Positions 18,345 through 26,925 of a DNA stretch of 64,000 bases are shown one piece after another. The notes under the pieces are model-generated. The model ran no database searches. It worked only from the letters and a program-made list of their open reading frames with translations, and was not told where the DNA came from. A program made the position numbers and the translations under genes. Position 1 is the first letter of the stretch; every line of letters starts with the position of its first letter. Source of the DNA: Acidimicrobiia bacterium (GTDB taxonomy: Bacteria; Actinomycetota; Acidimicrobiia; Spongiisociales; ZC4RG35); the NCBI GenBank assembly GCA_035461175.1, contig DATHVR010000030.1, positions 9,392 to 73,391 of the forward strand, in the 5' to 3' direction.

Positions 18345-19562
18345 ATGCCCGGCTTCGACGCGACCCAGATCGAAGCGGTTTTCCGGGAGGAGTCGGGACG
18401 GGCGGTGGCGATCCTGGCCCGCCGATGCGGCGACATATCCCTCGCCGAGGAGGCGGTCCAGGACGCCTTCGCCGAGGCCGTTGAGCGCTGGCCACGATCG
18501 GGAATCCCGCCCAGTCCGGCCGGATGGATCATCACCACGGCGCGCAACCGCGCCATCGACCGGATCCGGCGGGAATCCACCCGAGAGTCGCGTCAGGCCG
18601 AGGCGGCCCTCCTGTTGGGCCCAGAAGACGAAAGCGACTCCGGCCCGATGATCGACGATCGGCTTCGGCTGCTGTTCACGTGCTGCCACCCGGCGCTGTC
18701 TTCGGAGGCGCGGGTGGCCCTCACCCTGCGGCTCCTGGGAGGGCTGCAGACACCGGAGATCGCCCGGGCTTTCCTGGTCCCCGAGTCCACTATGGCCCAG
18801 CGCCTGGTGCGGGCGAAGAAGAAGATCCGGGCCGCCAACATCCCCTACCGGGTCCCGGACGAGGCCGAACTCCCCGACCGATTGGTGGCGGTCCTCGCCG
18901 TCGTCTACCTGATCTCCAACGAGGGCCACATCGCCACCTCCGGGGAGGAGCTCACCCGTGACGATCTCGCCGCCGAAGCGATTCGGCTGGGTCGGTTGCT
19001 GGTCGAGTTGATGCCCGACGAGCCGGAAGCGGTCGGTCTGCTGGCGCTGATGCTTCTGACCCAGGCCCGTCGTCCGGCGCGGGTAAGCGATGACGGCACT
19101 CTGGTGGCGCTGGCCGACCAGAAGCGATCGTTGTGGGACCGGAAGATGATCGCCGAGGCCCACGCCCTGGTCCGGGCCTGCCTCCGACGCAACCATCCCG
19201 GTCCGTATCAGATCCAGGCGGCCATCGCCGCCGTGCATGCCGACGCCCGCTCGGCCGGGGCGACCGATTGGGGGCAGATCGTGTCCCTCTACGACCAGCT
19301 GCTGGTATTCAGCGACTCGCCGGTGGTCAGGCTCAATCGCGCCGTGGCCGTGGCCGAGTTGGATGGCCCGGAGCCGGCCTTGGCCGCGCTCGACCCGCTC
19401 CCTCTCGATCGCTACCACCTCTACCACGCCACCAGGGCCTCCTTGCTCGAGCGATTGGGCCGCCAGCGGGAGGCCGCCGCGGCGTACTCGCGGGCGCTGG
19501 AGCTCACCACCAATCAGGCCGAGATCGACCATCTCGAGCAGAAACGAAGCCGGTTGGTCTAG
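18345..19562 (+). CDS. ECF-type RNA polymerase sigma-70 factor with long C-terminal extension (YciI-associated type)
   Basis: Sigma-70 regions 2 and 4 ([11 protein letters not shown]; [15 protein letters not shown]) are followed by an extension of about 230 aa. It starts 9 nt after the YciI-like gene. Confidence 0.85.
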   Translation: MPGFDATQIEAVFREESGRAVAILARRCGDISLAEEAVQDAFAEAVERWPRSGIPPSPAGWIITTARNRAIDRIRRESTRESRQAEAALLLGPEDESDSGPMIDDRLRLLFTCCHPALSSEARVALTLRLLGGLQTPEIARAFLVPESTMAQRLVRAKKKIRAANIPYRVPDEAELPDRLVAVLAVVYLISNEGHIATSGEELTRDDLAAEAIRLGRLLVELMPDEPEAVGLLALMLLTQARRPARVSDDGTLVALADQKRSLWDRKMIAEAHALVRACLRRNHPGPYQIQAAIAAVHADARSAGATDWGQIVSLYDQLLVFSDSPVVRLNRAVAVAELDGPEPALAALDPLPLDRYHLYHATRASLLERLGRQREAAAAYSRALELTTNQAEIDHLEQKRSRLV

Positions 19563-20476
19563 CCCGACCGCGGCCGGGTCACGGCTCCCCGGGTCTGGAC
19601 CAGAAGGACTCCCAGCGATACCAGCACGATGCCGGAAATTTCGCCCGAGCCCAGCGGCTCGCGCAGAAAGATCCAGGCGAGAAGGGCGATCTGGATCAGC
19701 ATGGTGTTGTTGATGGCAGACGACTCCACAGCGGACAGATCGCGCAGGGAGTAGTTCCACATCGTGAAGGCCAGGGCAGTGTTGAACACCGCCAGCCATG
19801 CGATGATCAGGGCCGCCCGCCACGAGATCTCGGGGATGCCCTCCACCACCAGGCCGGTGACGATCAATGCCACGGCTCCGATCCCCATGCTCATCACGGT
19901 CACCACGGTCGGGGCCACGGTGGCCGTTCGATTGATCTGACGTCCCATCAGAGCGGCGGCGACGTTTGCCAGCAATCCGATCAGCGCCGCCACCATCCCC
20001 GCGGTCGTCGCTCCGAGATCGCCCGAGAAGTACAGCCAGGCTCCCGCCACCACGGCCAGCGCCCCGACCACCTGCCGGCCTGAGGGGTGCTCGCCCAGTG
20101 TCCTGGCGCCCAGACCGGCCACCAACAGCGGCGACAGGGACAAGACCAGGCTGGTGGTGGCGGCGGGCTGATTGTCGATGGCCACGAACTGGGCTCCCTG
20201 GGTGACCGCGTAGAAGACCAGACCCAACCCCCCGACCCGGGCCAGAGTCGACCGGTCGAGGCTGCGAATCGAACCTCGCGCCGCGGGTTTCGACGCCAGC
20301 CAGGCGGCGAGCACGACGGTGGCCAACCCGTAGCGGAGGGCGGCAAAGGTGAGCGGCTCCAGCGCCTCGTCGTCGAGGCCCCATCGGATCAGAACCCACG
20401 ACGAGCTCCAGAGGAAGGTGACGGCCAGGGCCGCAGTGAGGGCACGGCTGTGGGACGGGTTGATCCGATCGGGCAT
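19559..20476 (-). CDS. EamA/DMT family transporter
   Basis: 305 aa with 10 TM helices and duplicated EamA halves. Its stop overlaps the sigma-factor stop by 4 nt (convergent). Confidence 0.8.
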   Translation of the reverse strand: MPDRINPSHSRALTAALAVTFLWSSSWVLIRWGLDDEALEPLTFAALRYGLATVVLAAWLASKPAARGSIRSLDRSTLARVGGLGLVFYAVTQGAQFVAIDNQPAATTSLVLSLSPLLVAGLGARTLGEHPSGRQVVGALAVVAGAWLYFSGDLGATTAGMVAALIGLLANVAAALMGRQINRTATVAPTVVTVMSMGIGAVALIVTGLVVEGIPEISWRAALIIAWLAVFNTALAFTMWNYSLRDLSAVESSAINNTMLIQIALLAWIFLREPLGSGEISGIVLVSLGVLLVQTRGAVTRPRSG

Positions 20477-20655
20477 GATCTGCGTCCTCCACCGTCGCTG
20501 TCACCCGGGGGTCGTCTTGCTTTCCGGGCGTGCCTGGCCGCCGTAGATGCCGGGCCCGAGTGCTTCCGAAGACTATGCGGGCGAGCGGAAGAGTACGCTT
20601 CAGGCATGAACCTCCGCCTCACGTCGATTGTGTCCCTTCCATCAGGAAGGCTGTG

Positions 20656-20973
20656 ATGGAGGCACCGCTGGATCCGGAGCCGCAGCTGGAAGTGAGCTGG
20701 GAGGACGCGCCCGGGATCCGGAGGGTAAAGATCGCCGGCGAGATCGATCTGGTCTGTGTCGAGGAACTGGCGGCGGCACTCGAGGCCGACCGTTCCCGGC
20801 TGGTGGTCGACCTGACCGAAGTCTCGTTTCTCGATCTGACCGGTCTCCGCTGCCTGACCGACGCCGCCGCCGACTGCGAGGTGACGTTGATCCCGAGTTC
20901 GACGGTCCGGCGGCTGCTGGAAATCACCGATACGACCGGATACTTCGTGCTATCAGGGTTTGAAAAACCCTGA
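20656..20973 (+). CDS. STAS domain anti-sigma factor antagonist
   Basis: Trimmed to MEAPLDP (RBS aggaagg). The VDLTEVSFLDLTGLRCL STAS motif is present. Confidence 0.7.
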   Translation: MEAPLDPEPQLEVSWEDAPGIRRVKIAGEIDLVCVEELAAALEADRSRLVVDLTEVSFLDLTGLRCLTDAAADCEVTLIPSSTVRRLLEITDTTGYFVLSGFEKP

Positions 20974-20994
20974 TGCTGGGAAGCTGACACTCGA

Positions 20995-21369
20995 ATGCCC
21001 TCGTCGACCGCGCCAAATGCCTCAAGAGACTTTCCTCCCGAACCCCGATCCGCCCGCCATGTTCGGGCTTTTGTGAGGTCGACACTCACCGACGTTCCGG
21101 ACCTCGATGACATCGTCCTCGCCGCCTCGGAGCTGGCGGCCAACGTGATCCGGCACGCGAGGACCGACTTCACGGTGGAGATCCGCCTTCAATCCGATGG
21201 TGGAATCCGGCTGGAGGTGTCGGACGGTTCTTCGGTGCTGCCTGCGATCAAGGATCTGACCCAGTCTTACCGTGGGCTACGGATGGTCGAGTCGCTTTCG
21301 CGCGACTGGGGATACGAGGCCACCGACACCGGCAAGACGGTCTGGGTCGAGTTCAGCCCGCCGGACTGA
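20995..21369 (+). CDS. Anti-sigma regulatory factor (RsbW-like serine kinase, HATPase_c_2)
   Basis: ASELAANVIRHA is typical of RsbW/SpoIIAB-type kinases. Gene is adjacent to the STAS gene. Confidence 0.65.
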   Translation: MPSSTAPNASRDFPPEPRSARHVRAFVRSTLTDVPDLDDIVLAASELAANVIRHARTDFTVEIRLQSDGGIRLEVSDGSSVLPAIKDLTQSYRGLRMVESLSRDWGYEATDTGKTVWVEFSPPD

Positions 21370-21790
21370 TCGTCTCGGCGGAGTATCCGACCTCCTGAAG
21401 CACCCAGGTGTTGCCGTCGGGATCGACGATGTCGGCGAAGGATTCGTAGTTCCCGCGCTCGGGATGCGGGCCGGGCGCCCAGTCCGAGTCAGGTCCCATG
21501 TGTTTGATCTCGCCCACCTCCACCCCGCGGCTCACCAGCTCGGAGCGAGCTGCCTCGATGTCGCTCACCACCAGATACAGCCCCCGGTACGAGCCCGGCT
21601 GGGCGTCGGTTATCCCCACTCCGAAGGTGATCGAGCAGGAAGAACCGGGCGGCGTCAATTGGACGACGCGGAACGCATCGCCCGCCTGGTGGTCGACGTC
21701 GAGGTGGAACCCCATCTTTTCCTCATAGAACTGCTTGGCCCGGTCGACGTCGCTGACGGGGAGCAGGACCAGTTCGAGGCGGTATTCCAT
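21353..21790 (-). CDS. VOC family (glyoxalase/bleomycin resistance fold) protein
   Basis: MEYRLELVLLPVSDVDRAKQFYEE…GFHLD is a typical VOC N-terminus. Confidence 0.75.
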   Translation of the reverse strand: MEYRLELVLLPVSDVDRAKQFYEEKMGFHLDVDHQAGDAFRVVQLTPPGSSCSITFGVGITDAQPGSYRGLYLVVSDIEAARSELVSRGVEVGEIKHMGPDSDWAPGPHPERGNYESFADIVDPDGNTWVLQEVGYSAETISPAG

Positions 21791-21901
21791 TTCTTCTCCT
21801 TCTTCGACCAATCGTTACAGACCGGGTCTGGTCCCGGAACTCATCGGTACCAGCCATGTTGGCCCGTCCCGGCGAGCGCCGTCGGGTTAGGGTCGGTTTC
21901 C

Positions 21902-23425
21902 GTGGATCGCTTGCGGGTGGCCGAACTCTGCGCCTCGACCTCGTTGTTCACCGACCTGGGGACGGGACAGCCCCAGGAGCATGGGCTGGCCACCTGTCTC
22001 GTGGCGATGCGCCTGGCCGACGCAGTCGGAGTGGGAGTCGAGACCGCCCGGGCGACCTTCTACACCTCGCTACTTCGCTTCATCGGCTGCACAGCCGACG
22101 CTCACATGGCGGCCGAGACGGGCGGCGACGAGATCCGGCTCTTTGCCCGGGCTGCTCCCGTCTTCATGGGCTCGATGAGAGAAGAGATGGCGCGGATGCT
22201 GCCTCTGATGGCCGAGAGCGATTCGATCCCTCACCGTCTGAAGGCGTTGGTGGCCATGCTCGCCGACCCGGCTTCGAAGGATCGACTGCTCGAAGCCCAC
22301 TGCGAGGTGGCGACGCGACTGGCGACACGGATCGGGCTGGGCCGGGCGGTGATCGACTCGTTGGATGCGGCTTATGCCCGCTGGGATGGACGCGGGTTCC
22401 CGTCGGGACTGGCCGGGGAGGAAATCCCGGTTCCCATCCGGATCGCCATCGTCGCCCGCGACATCGAGCTGTGGGCGCGAGATGAGGGAGAAACCTCCGC
22501 CCGCCAGGTGTTGGAGCGCCGACGGGGGAGGGCCTACGCCCCCGAGGTGGTCGACGCCGCCCTGGAGACCGGGATCCATCATCTGCGCGCCCACGATGGG
22601 GCGCTGTGGGATCAGGTCCTGGCGCTGGAGCCGACGCCGTGGGAGACGCTGACCGGCCCCGAGATCGATCGCGGCCTGGAGGCGCTGGGCGACTTCGCCG
22701 AACTGAAGTCCCCGATGGTGGCCGGGCGCTGGCGGCGGGTGCGAGATCTGCTCGGCGCGCTTGACGACGAGTTCGCTCCCGGGGAGCGGCGGATCATGGA
22801 GCGAGCGGCGACCGTGTTCGACGTGGGGATAGTGGGCGTCCCGGTTCGCATCTGGGAGGCGGCCGAGCCCGGAACGGCGGGGTGGGAGCTGATCCGTCTC
22901 CATCCCCTGTGGACCCGTCGCGCTCTGGAGCACTGCACCGGGATGGAACCGGTGGCGGTGACGGCGGGACTCCACCACGAGCGCCAGGACGGCAGCGGCT
23001 ACCCGGGCGGGATCCGCGGTGACCTCGACCGGGTAGCGGGACGGCTGGCGGCAGCCGTCCTGTACGACGAACTGACCGGCGGGAGTCCCGGCAAGGAGCC
23101 CGCGTCGCCGGCGGAGGCGGCGGAGCAGATGAGCGAATTGGCCTCGGCGGGATGCCTGCCCACCGAGGCTGTGGCAAGAGTGCTGGCCGCGGCGGGGCAG
23201 GGTCACCAGATCGAGATCGATCGCCCGGCCGGCCTGACCGAGCGCGAGGTCGACGTGCTCCGTCTTCTCGCCAACGGGATGACCAACCGCCAGATCGCAA
23301 CCGCACTGGGTATCTCGGCGAAGACGGTCGGCACTCACGTCGAACACATCTACGCCAAGGCCGGTGTCCGGACGCGGGCGGCGGCCACCCTGTTCGCGAT
23401 CGAGGAGCGAGTGGTGGTCCGGTGA
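21902..23425 (+). CDS. LuxR-family transcriptional regulator with two HD (HD-GYP-like) phosphohydrolase-type domains
   Basis: The C-terminus is a LuxR/GerE HTH (LTEREVDVLRLLANGMTNRQIATALGISAKTVGTHVEHIYAKAG). Two HD-related repeats sit upstream (HHERQDGSGYPGG). The GTG/TTG start is uncertain. Confidence 0.65.
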   Translation: MDRLRVAELCASTSLFTDLGTGQPQEHGLATCLVAMRLADAVGVGVETARATFYTSLLRFIGCTADAHMAAETGGDEIRLFARAAPVFMGSMREEMARMLPLMAESDSIPHRLKALVAMLADPASKDRLLEAHCEVATRLATRIGLGRAVIDSLDAAYARWDGRGFPSGLAGEEIPVPIRIAIVARDIELWARDEGETSARQVLERRRGRAYAPEVVDAALETGIHHLRAHDGALWDQVLALEPTPWETLTGPEIDRGLEALGDFAELKSPMVAGRWRRVRDLLGALDDEFAPGERRIMERAATVFDVGIVGVPVRIWEAAEPGTAGWELIRLHPLWTRRALEHCTGMEPVAVTAGLHHERQDGSGYPGGIRGDLDRVAGRLAAAVLYDELTGGSPGKEPASPAEAAEQMSELASAGCLPTEAVARVLAAAGQGHQIEIDRPAGLTEREVDVLRLLANGMTNRQIATALGISAKTVGTHVEHIYAKAGVRTRAAATLFAIEERVVVR

Positions 23426-23452
23426 TCGGGTGAATGCCCGCTGGAATCCGGG

Positions 23453-23512
23453 TGAGGGCCGCGTTCTCGAGAGAGTTTTGTACCGCCCTGGTACAGCCGA
23501 ACCTCAGGTTCG
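23453..23512. repeat. Interspersed palindromic repeat, family B copy 1 (about 55 bp, MITE/REP-like)
   Basis: cgttctcgagagagttttgtaccgccctggtacagccgaacctcaggttcgg. Related copies lie at 39128-39245. It sits between convergent gene ends. Confidence 0.6.
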
Positions 23513-23515
23513 GAT

Positions 23516-24292
23516 TCAGACCAGGTCGATGAGGTCGGCGATCGAGTCGACGATCCGGCTGGGTTGGTAGGGGAAGCGGGCCACCTCCTCGGCCCGGGTC
23601 GAGCCGGTCAGGACCAGGAAGGTGCGCAGGCCCGCCTCGATCCCGGCGACGACGTCGGTGTCCATTCGGTCTCCCACCATGGCCGTCGTCTCCGAGTGGG
23701 CACCGATCCGGTTGAGGGCGCCGCGAAACATCATCGGGTTGGGCTTTCCGACGAAATACGGGTCCTGGCCGGTGGCGCGGGTGATCAGTGCCGCCACCGA
23801 GCCGGTGGCGGGGATCGGCCCTTCGGGGGAAGGTCCAGTGGCGTCGGGGTTGGTGGCGATGAACCGGGCCCCTTCCTCGATATGTCGGATCGCCTCGGTG
23901 ATCGCCTCGAACGAATAGGTGCGGGTCTCTCCCAGCACCACGAAGTCCGGTGTCTTGTCGGTCAGGGTGAAGCCCGCCTCGTGCAGGGCGGTGGTGAGTC
24001 CGGCTTCGCCGATCACGAAGGCCGACGCTCCCGGCATCTGGTCGGCCAGAAACTGGGCGGTGGCGAGAGCCGAGGTCCAGATGTGATCCTCGGACACCGT
24101 CAGGCCGGCGTATCCGAGTCGGGCCGACAGGTCGCGCTGGGTGAAGATGGAGTTGTTGGTGAGGATCAGGAAGGGCCGACCGCGTTCGGTGAGCCGGGTG
24201 AGGAACTCGGCGGCGCCGGGGATCGGGGTGCCCTCACGGACCAGGACTCCGTCCATGTCGGTCAGCCAGGTCTCGATGGGGGTCTCGTCCAC
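23516..24292 (-). CDS. HAD-IIA family hydrolase (NagD-like)
   Basis: LTDMDGVL…LILTNNS…GKPNP…VGDRMDTD are the HAD motifs I-IV. Confidence 0.85.
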   Translation of the reverse strand: MDETPIETWLTDMDGVLVREGTPIPGAAEFLTRLTERGRPFLILTNNSIFTQRDLSARLGYAGLTVSEDHIWTSALATAQFLADQMPGASAFVIGEAGLTTALHEAGFTLTDKTPDFVVLGETRTYSFEAITEAIRHIEEGARFIATNPDATGPSPEGPIPATGSVAALITRATGQDPYFVGKPNPMMFRGALNRIGAHSETTAMVGDRMDTDVVAGIEAGLRTFLVLTGSTRAEEVARFPYQPSRIVDSIADLIDLV

Positions 24293-24391
24293 GGCCGCCA
24301 GGCTACCCCGTACCTGCGGTGCCGAGCCAGGACTCGGTGGGGGCTTCGAAGCTGCCCAACAGTCGAACGGCTCCCTCGGGAACCTACACGG

Positions 24392-25183
24392 TTACTGGGT
24401 CACCTCGGTCGCGATCGCCCGCAATCGAGTGGCGAGAGAGGCTTGGCCGTCGATGGTCACCTCGTCGCCGGCGGCCCGTCCCCACAGCCAGCGATCGAGG
24501 GTCCAGGCCGGTGCCCGCACGGTGCAATCGGGTCGCGCCGTGTCGGATTCCAGCACGGCGGCGTCGAGATCGTAGGTGTTGCCGGACTGGGGAGAAGTGC
24601 CCCGGAACCTACCGAAGCGGAGCAGCCAGCGGCCGTCGAAGTCGGCGGTCTCCAGCCCGAGGGTCGCCGGCTCGGGATCGAACTCTCCCCACGATGGGCT
24701 GCCACCGATCATGACGTTCAAGATCTCGTCGACACCGTCGGCGGCGATTCGGGGCTCCACGGAGCGGATGTCGGCACCGGCGGTCAGCTCAGCGTCGACA
24801 CGGTGGATCAAGGCTTCATGAGCTTGTCTTCGGCGGATGAAGCCGACGGTCTGATCCTCCGTCCACGTCCAGGCCTCTTCCCCATCCTCCGCGTCGGCCA
24901 ATGCCGTTCGGAGCGCCCGGTGAGCCGCGTCGAAGAATTCGAGGGTCTGCTTGCGGTCGCCGGGACGCACCGGGGAGTCGATCGAGTCGGGTCCTGCCGG
25001 GCGCCGGCCCACGACCTCTGCCCAGAATCTCTGCACCTCGGCCAAATGCCAGAGAAGGTCATCGGCCGACCACTGATCGCATGTCGGCACGGTGCGGTCG
25101 GCGCCGGCGTATTCGATCACTTCCCGGAATCGGTCGCTCTCGACGGCTAGAACCCGATCGAGCTCGGTTGGAGCAGGTGACAT
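24392..25183 (-). CDS. Mycothiol-dependent maleylpyruvate isomerase N-terminal domain (DinB-like, TIGR03083) family protein
   Basis: WSADDLLWHLAEVQRFW is the characteristic N-terminal motif. Confidence 0.7.
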   Translation of the reverse strand: MSPAPTELDRVLAVESDRFREVIEYAGADRTVPTCDQWSADDLLWHLAEVQRFWAEVVGRRPAGPDSIDSPVRPGDRKQTLEFFDAAHRALRTALADAEDGEEAWTWTEDQTVGFIRRRQAHEALIHRVDAELTAGADIRSVEPRIAADGVDEILNVMIGGSPSWGEFDPEPATLGLETADFDGRWLLRFGRFRGTSPQSGNTYDLDAAVLESDTARPDCTVRAPAWTLDRWLWGRAAGDEVTIDGQASLATRLRAIATEVTQ

Positions 25184-25392
25184 TGGATCCGGAATCTAGG
25201 CGCCCGGCCCCTGCGATGTCGCCATGTCGCCCGGAATTCTCTGCTGCCGAGTCGGGTTGGAGGACGGCTCTCCCGCCAGGCTAACCCGGGACCGACACGA
25301 CCAAAATTGGCCACCGCCCCAATTGAACCCGTGACAAGTGGCCTGGTTGCGACCACCATGTAGGAACGCCCCCTATCAAGGAGCAACAAGAT

Positions 25393-25671
25393 ATGGCAGT
25401 CGCAATCGTTACTTATCTGGTGATCGGCCTCTTGGTCGGCATGCTGGTCCGCCTCGCCCGATCCGAGACCTCCAGCCTGGCCGGGGTGGCCGGAGTCGGT
25501 GGTGCCGGTGGTGTCATCGGCGGGGTGGCGGCCAACCTGCTGTTCTCGGACGAGATCCAACTCGACGTCTACGGGTGGGTGGGAGCGGCCATTCTCGCCA
25601 TCATCGCGGTACTCGTGATCCGCACCCGTCCGACCACGACCACGACCACCGAGACGACCACCGTCGAGTGA
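25393..25671 (+). CDS. GlsB/YeaQ/YmgE family stress-response membrane protein
   Basis: 92 aa with 3 TM segments, Gly-rich GVGGAGGVIGG, and a Thr-rich tail. Confidence 0.65.
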   Translation: MAVAIVTYLVIGLLVGMLVRLARSETSSLAGVAGVGGAGGVIGGVAANLLFSDEIQLDVYGWVGAAILAIIAVLVIRTRPTTTTTTETTTVE

Positions 25672-25777
25672 GATTCCATTCCGCCTTCCCGGGCGGAACT
25701 GGTTGAATTGAGGGCCCCGTCGGAACCCGACGGGGCCCTTCCACGTCTCTTTCATTCGCGTCGATCGAGGTGACCAC

Positions 25778-26776
25778 ATGCTGACTCGTGTCCTTGCCGT
25801 GCTCGTTGTCGCCATCCTGGCGGCTGGGTGCGGAGACGACGGCGCCGGCTCTTCGTCATCCCTGCCTTCCGCCACCGGTCCCACGCCGACGGTGGGAACG
25901 CCCCCGACTATGGGGACGCCTTCATCCCCGACAACCTCCTCTGCGGCGCCTCCCTCGACTGTGGCTTCGACCACCGCCCCCGCCGACCTGCAGGGGGCGG
26001 CCCAGGCCGCGTTCGAGGAGTGGGTGGGGATGCTGGCGGCCGGCGACCACCAGGGTGCCTGGGAGGCGATGGCCCCCACCTCGCGGGCGGCGGTGGGCGA
26101 GAATCTCTTCTTCGACAGCATGGTGTACGAGATGGCGGAGGGCTGGGGTTCGTGGTCGACGGGCGAAGACACCACCTACCGACTCGAGACCGACGAGAAC
26201 GGTCGCGTCCTGCTCTGGGTGAGCGGCACCATCAGCCCCGAGGGGATGACCGAGACCAGGGAGGTGGCGGTTCCCGTGGTCGAGACCGACTCCGGGCTGC
26301 TGGTGTCCCCGTTCGAGGAGTTCGGCAACGTGGCCGAGGCGGTAGACGAGGAGATCTCCGGGAGTGCCGCCCCCGCCGTGCCCGCCGACTCGGGGGAGGG
26401 TCGCCGGGTGGTGTACTCCAACTCCGACCAGCGGGTGTGGCTCATGGCCGAGGACGGCTCGGTGGTGGACTCGTACCTCGTCTCGGGCAAGGCGGGCGTG
26501 CCCGCCCCCGGCACCTACGAGGTCTACTCCCGCTCCGAGGTCGCCTACGCCGGCCACGACGACATCACCATGCGCTACATGGTCCGCTTCGCCCACGGCG
26601 AGAACCTCCCGATCGGTTTCCATTCCATCCCTAACGACGGCAACGGCGCCCCCCTGCAGTCCGAGGAGCAGCTGGGCGAGTACCACAGCGCCGGCTGTGT
26701 CCGCCAGAGCCTGGGCCACGCCGCTTTCCTCTACGACTGGGCGGTGGAAGGAACCACGGTCGTGGTGCTCGCATGA
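25778..26776 (+). CDS. Lipoprotein with C-terminal L,D-transpeptidase (YkuD) catalytic domain
   Basis: Lipobox LAAGCG, a Pro/Thr/Ser-rich linker, and C-terminal GFHSIP…YHSAGCVRQ (catalytic His/Cys). Confidence 0.7.
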   Translation: MLTRVLAVLVVAILAAGCGDDGAGSSSSLPSATGPTPTVGTPPTMGTPSSPTTSSAAPPSTVASTTAPADLQGAAQAAFEEWVGMLAAGDHQGAWEAMAPTSRAAVGENLFFDSMVYEMAEGWGSWSTGEDTTYRLETDENGRVLLWVSGTISPEGMTETREVAVPVVETDSGLLVSPFEEFGNVAEAVDEEISGSAAPAVPADSGEGRRVVYSNSDQRVWLMAEDGSVVDSYLVSGKAGVPAPGTYEVYSRSEVAYAGHDDITMRYMVRFAHGENLPIGFHSIPNDGNGAPLQSEEQLGEYHSAGCVRQSLGHAAFLYDWAVEGTTVVVLA

Positions 26777-26784
26777 CCACCAAG

Positions 26785-26890
26785 GTGCAGATACGCCCCG
26801 TCATGGGGGGCAATTGCACGTTGGATTGGAGACGGACCCGGTGTTGCTGACCGACGTGCAGATACGGCCCGTCACGGTGGGTAACTGCCC
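26785..26890. promoter_or_regulatory. Two tandem 35-bp dyad-containing repeats (period 71 bp) upstream of the Nfo-PolDom gene; candidate operator
   Basis: Copy 1 (26785..26819) is GTGCAgatacgCCCCgtcatGGGGggcaatTGCAC. Copy 2 (26856..26890) is GTGCAgatacggCCCgtcacggtGGGtaacTGCCC. Confidence 0.4.
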
Positions 26891-26925
26891 GTCGGTTTCG
26901 CCGGCGAGGTACGTACTCTTCCGGC

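Noticed and set aside
17697-20504. 935-aa minus-strand ORF
   Set aside because: It is antisense to the well-supported yciI, sigma-factor and DMT genes. It has Arg/Gly/Pro-rich composition typical of spurious high-GC antisense frames.
22070-23347. 425-aa minus ORF
   Set aside because: It is antisense to the HD/LuxR regulator; no motifs.
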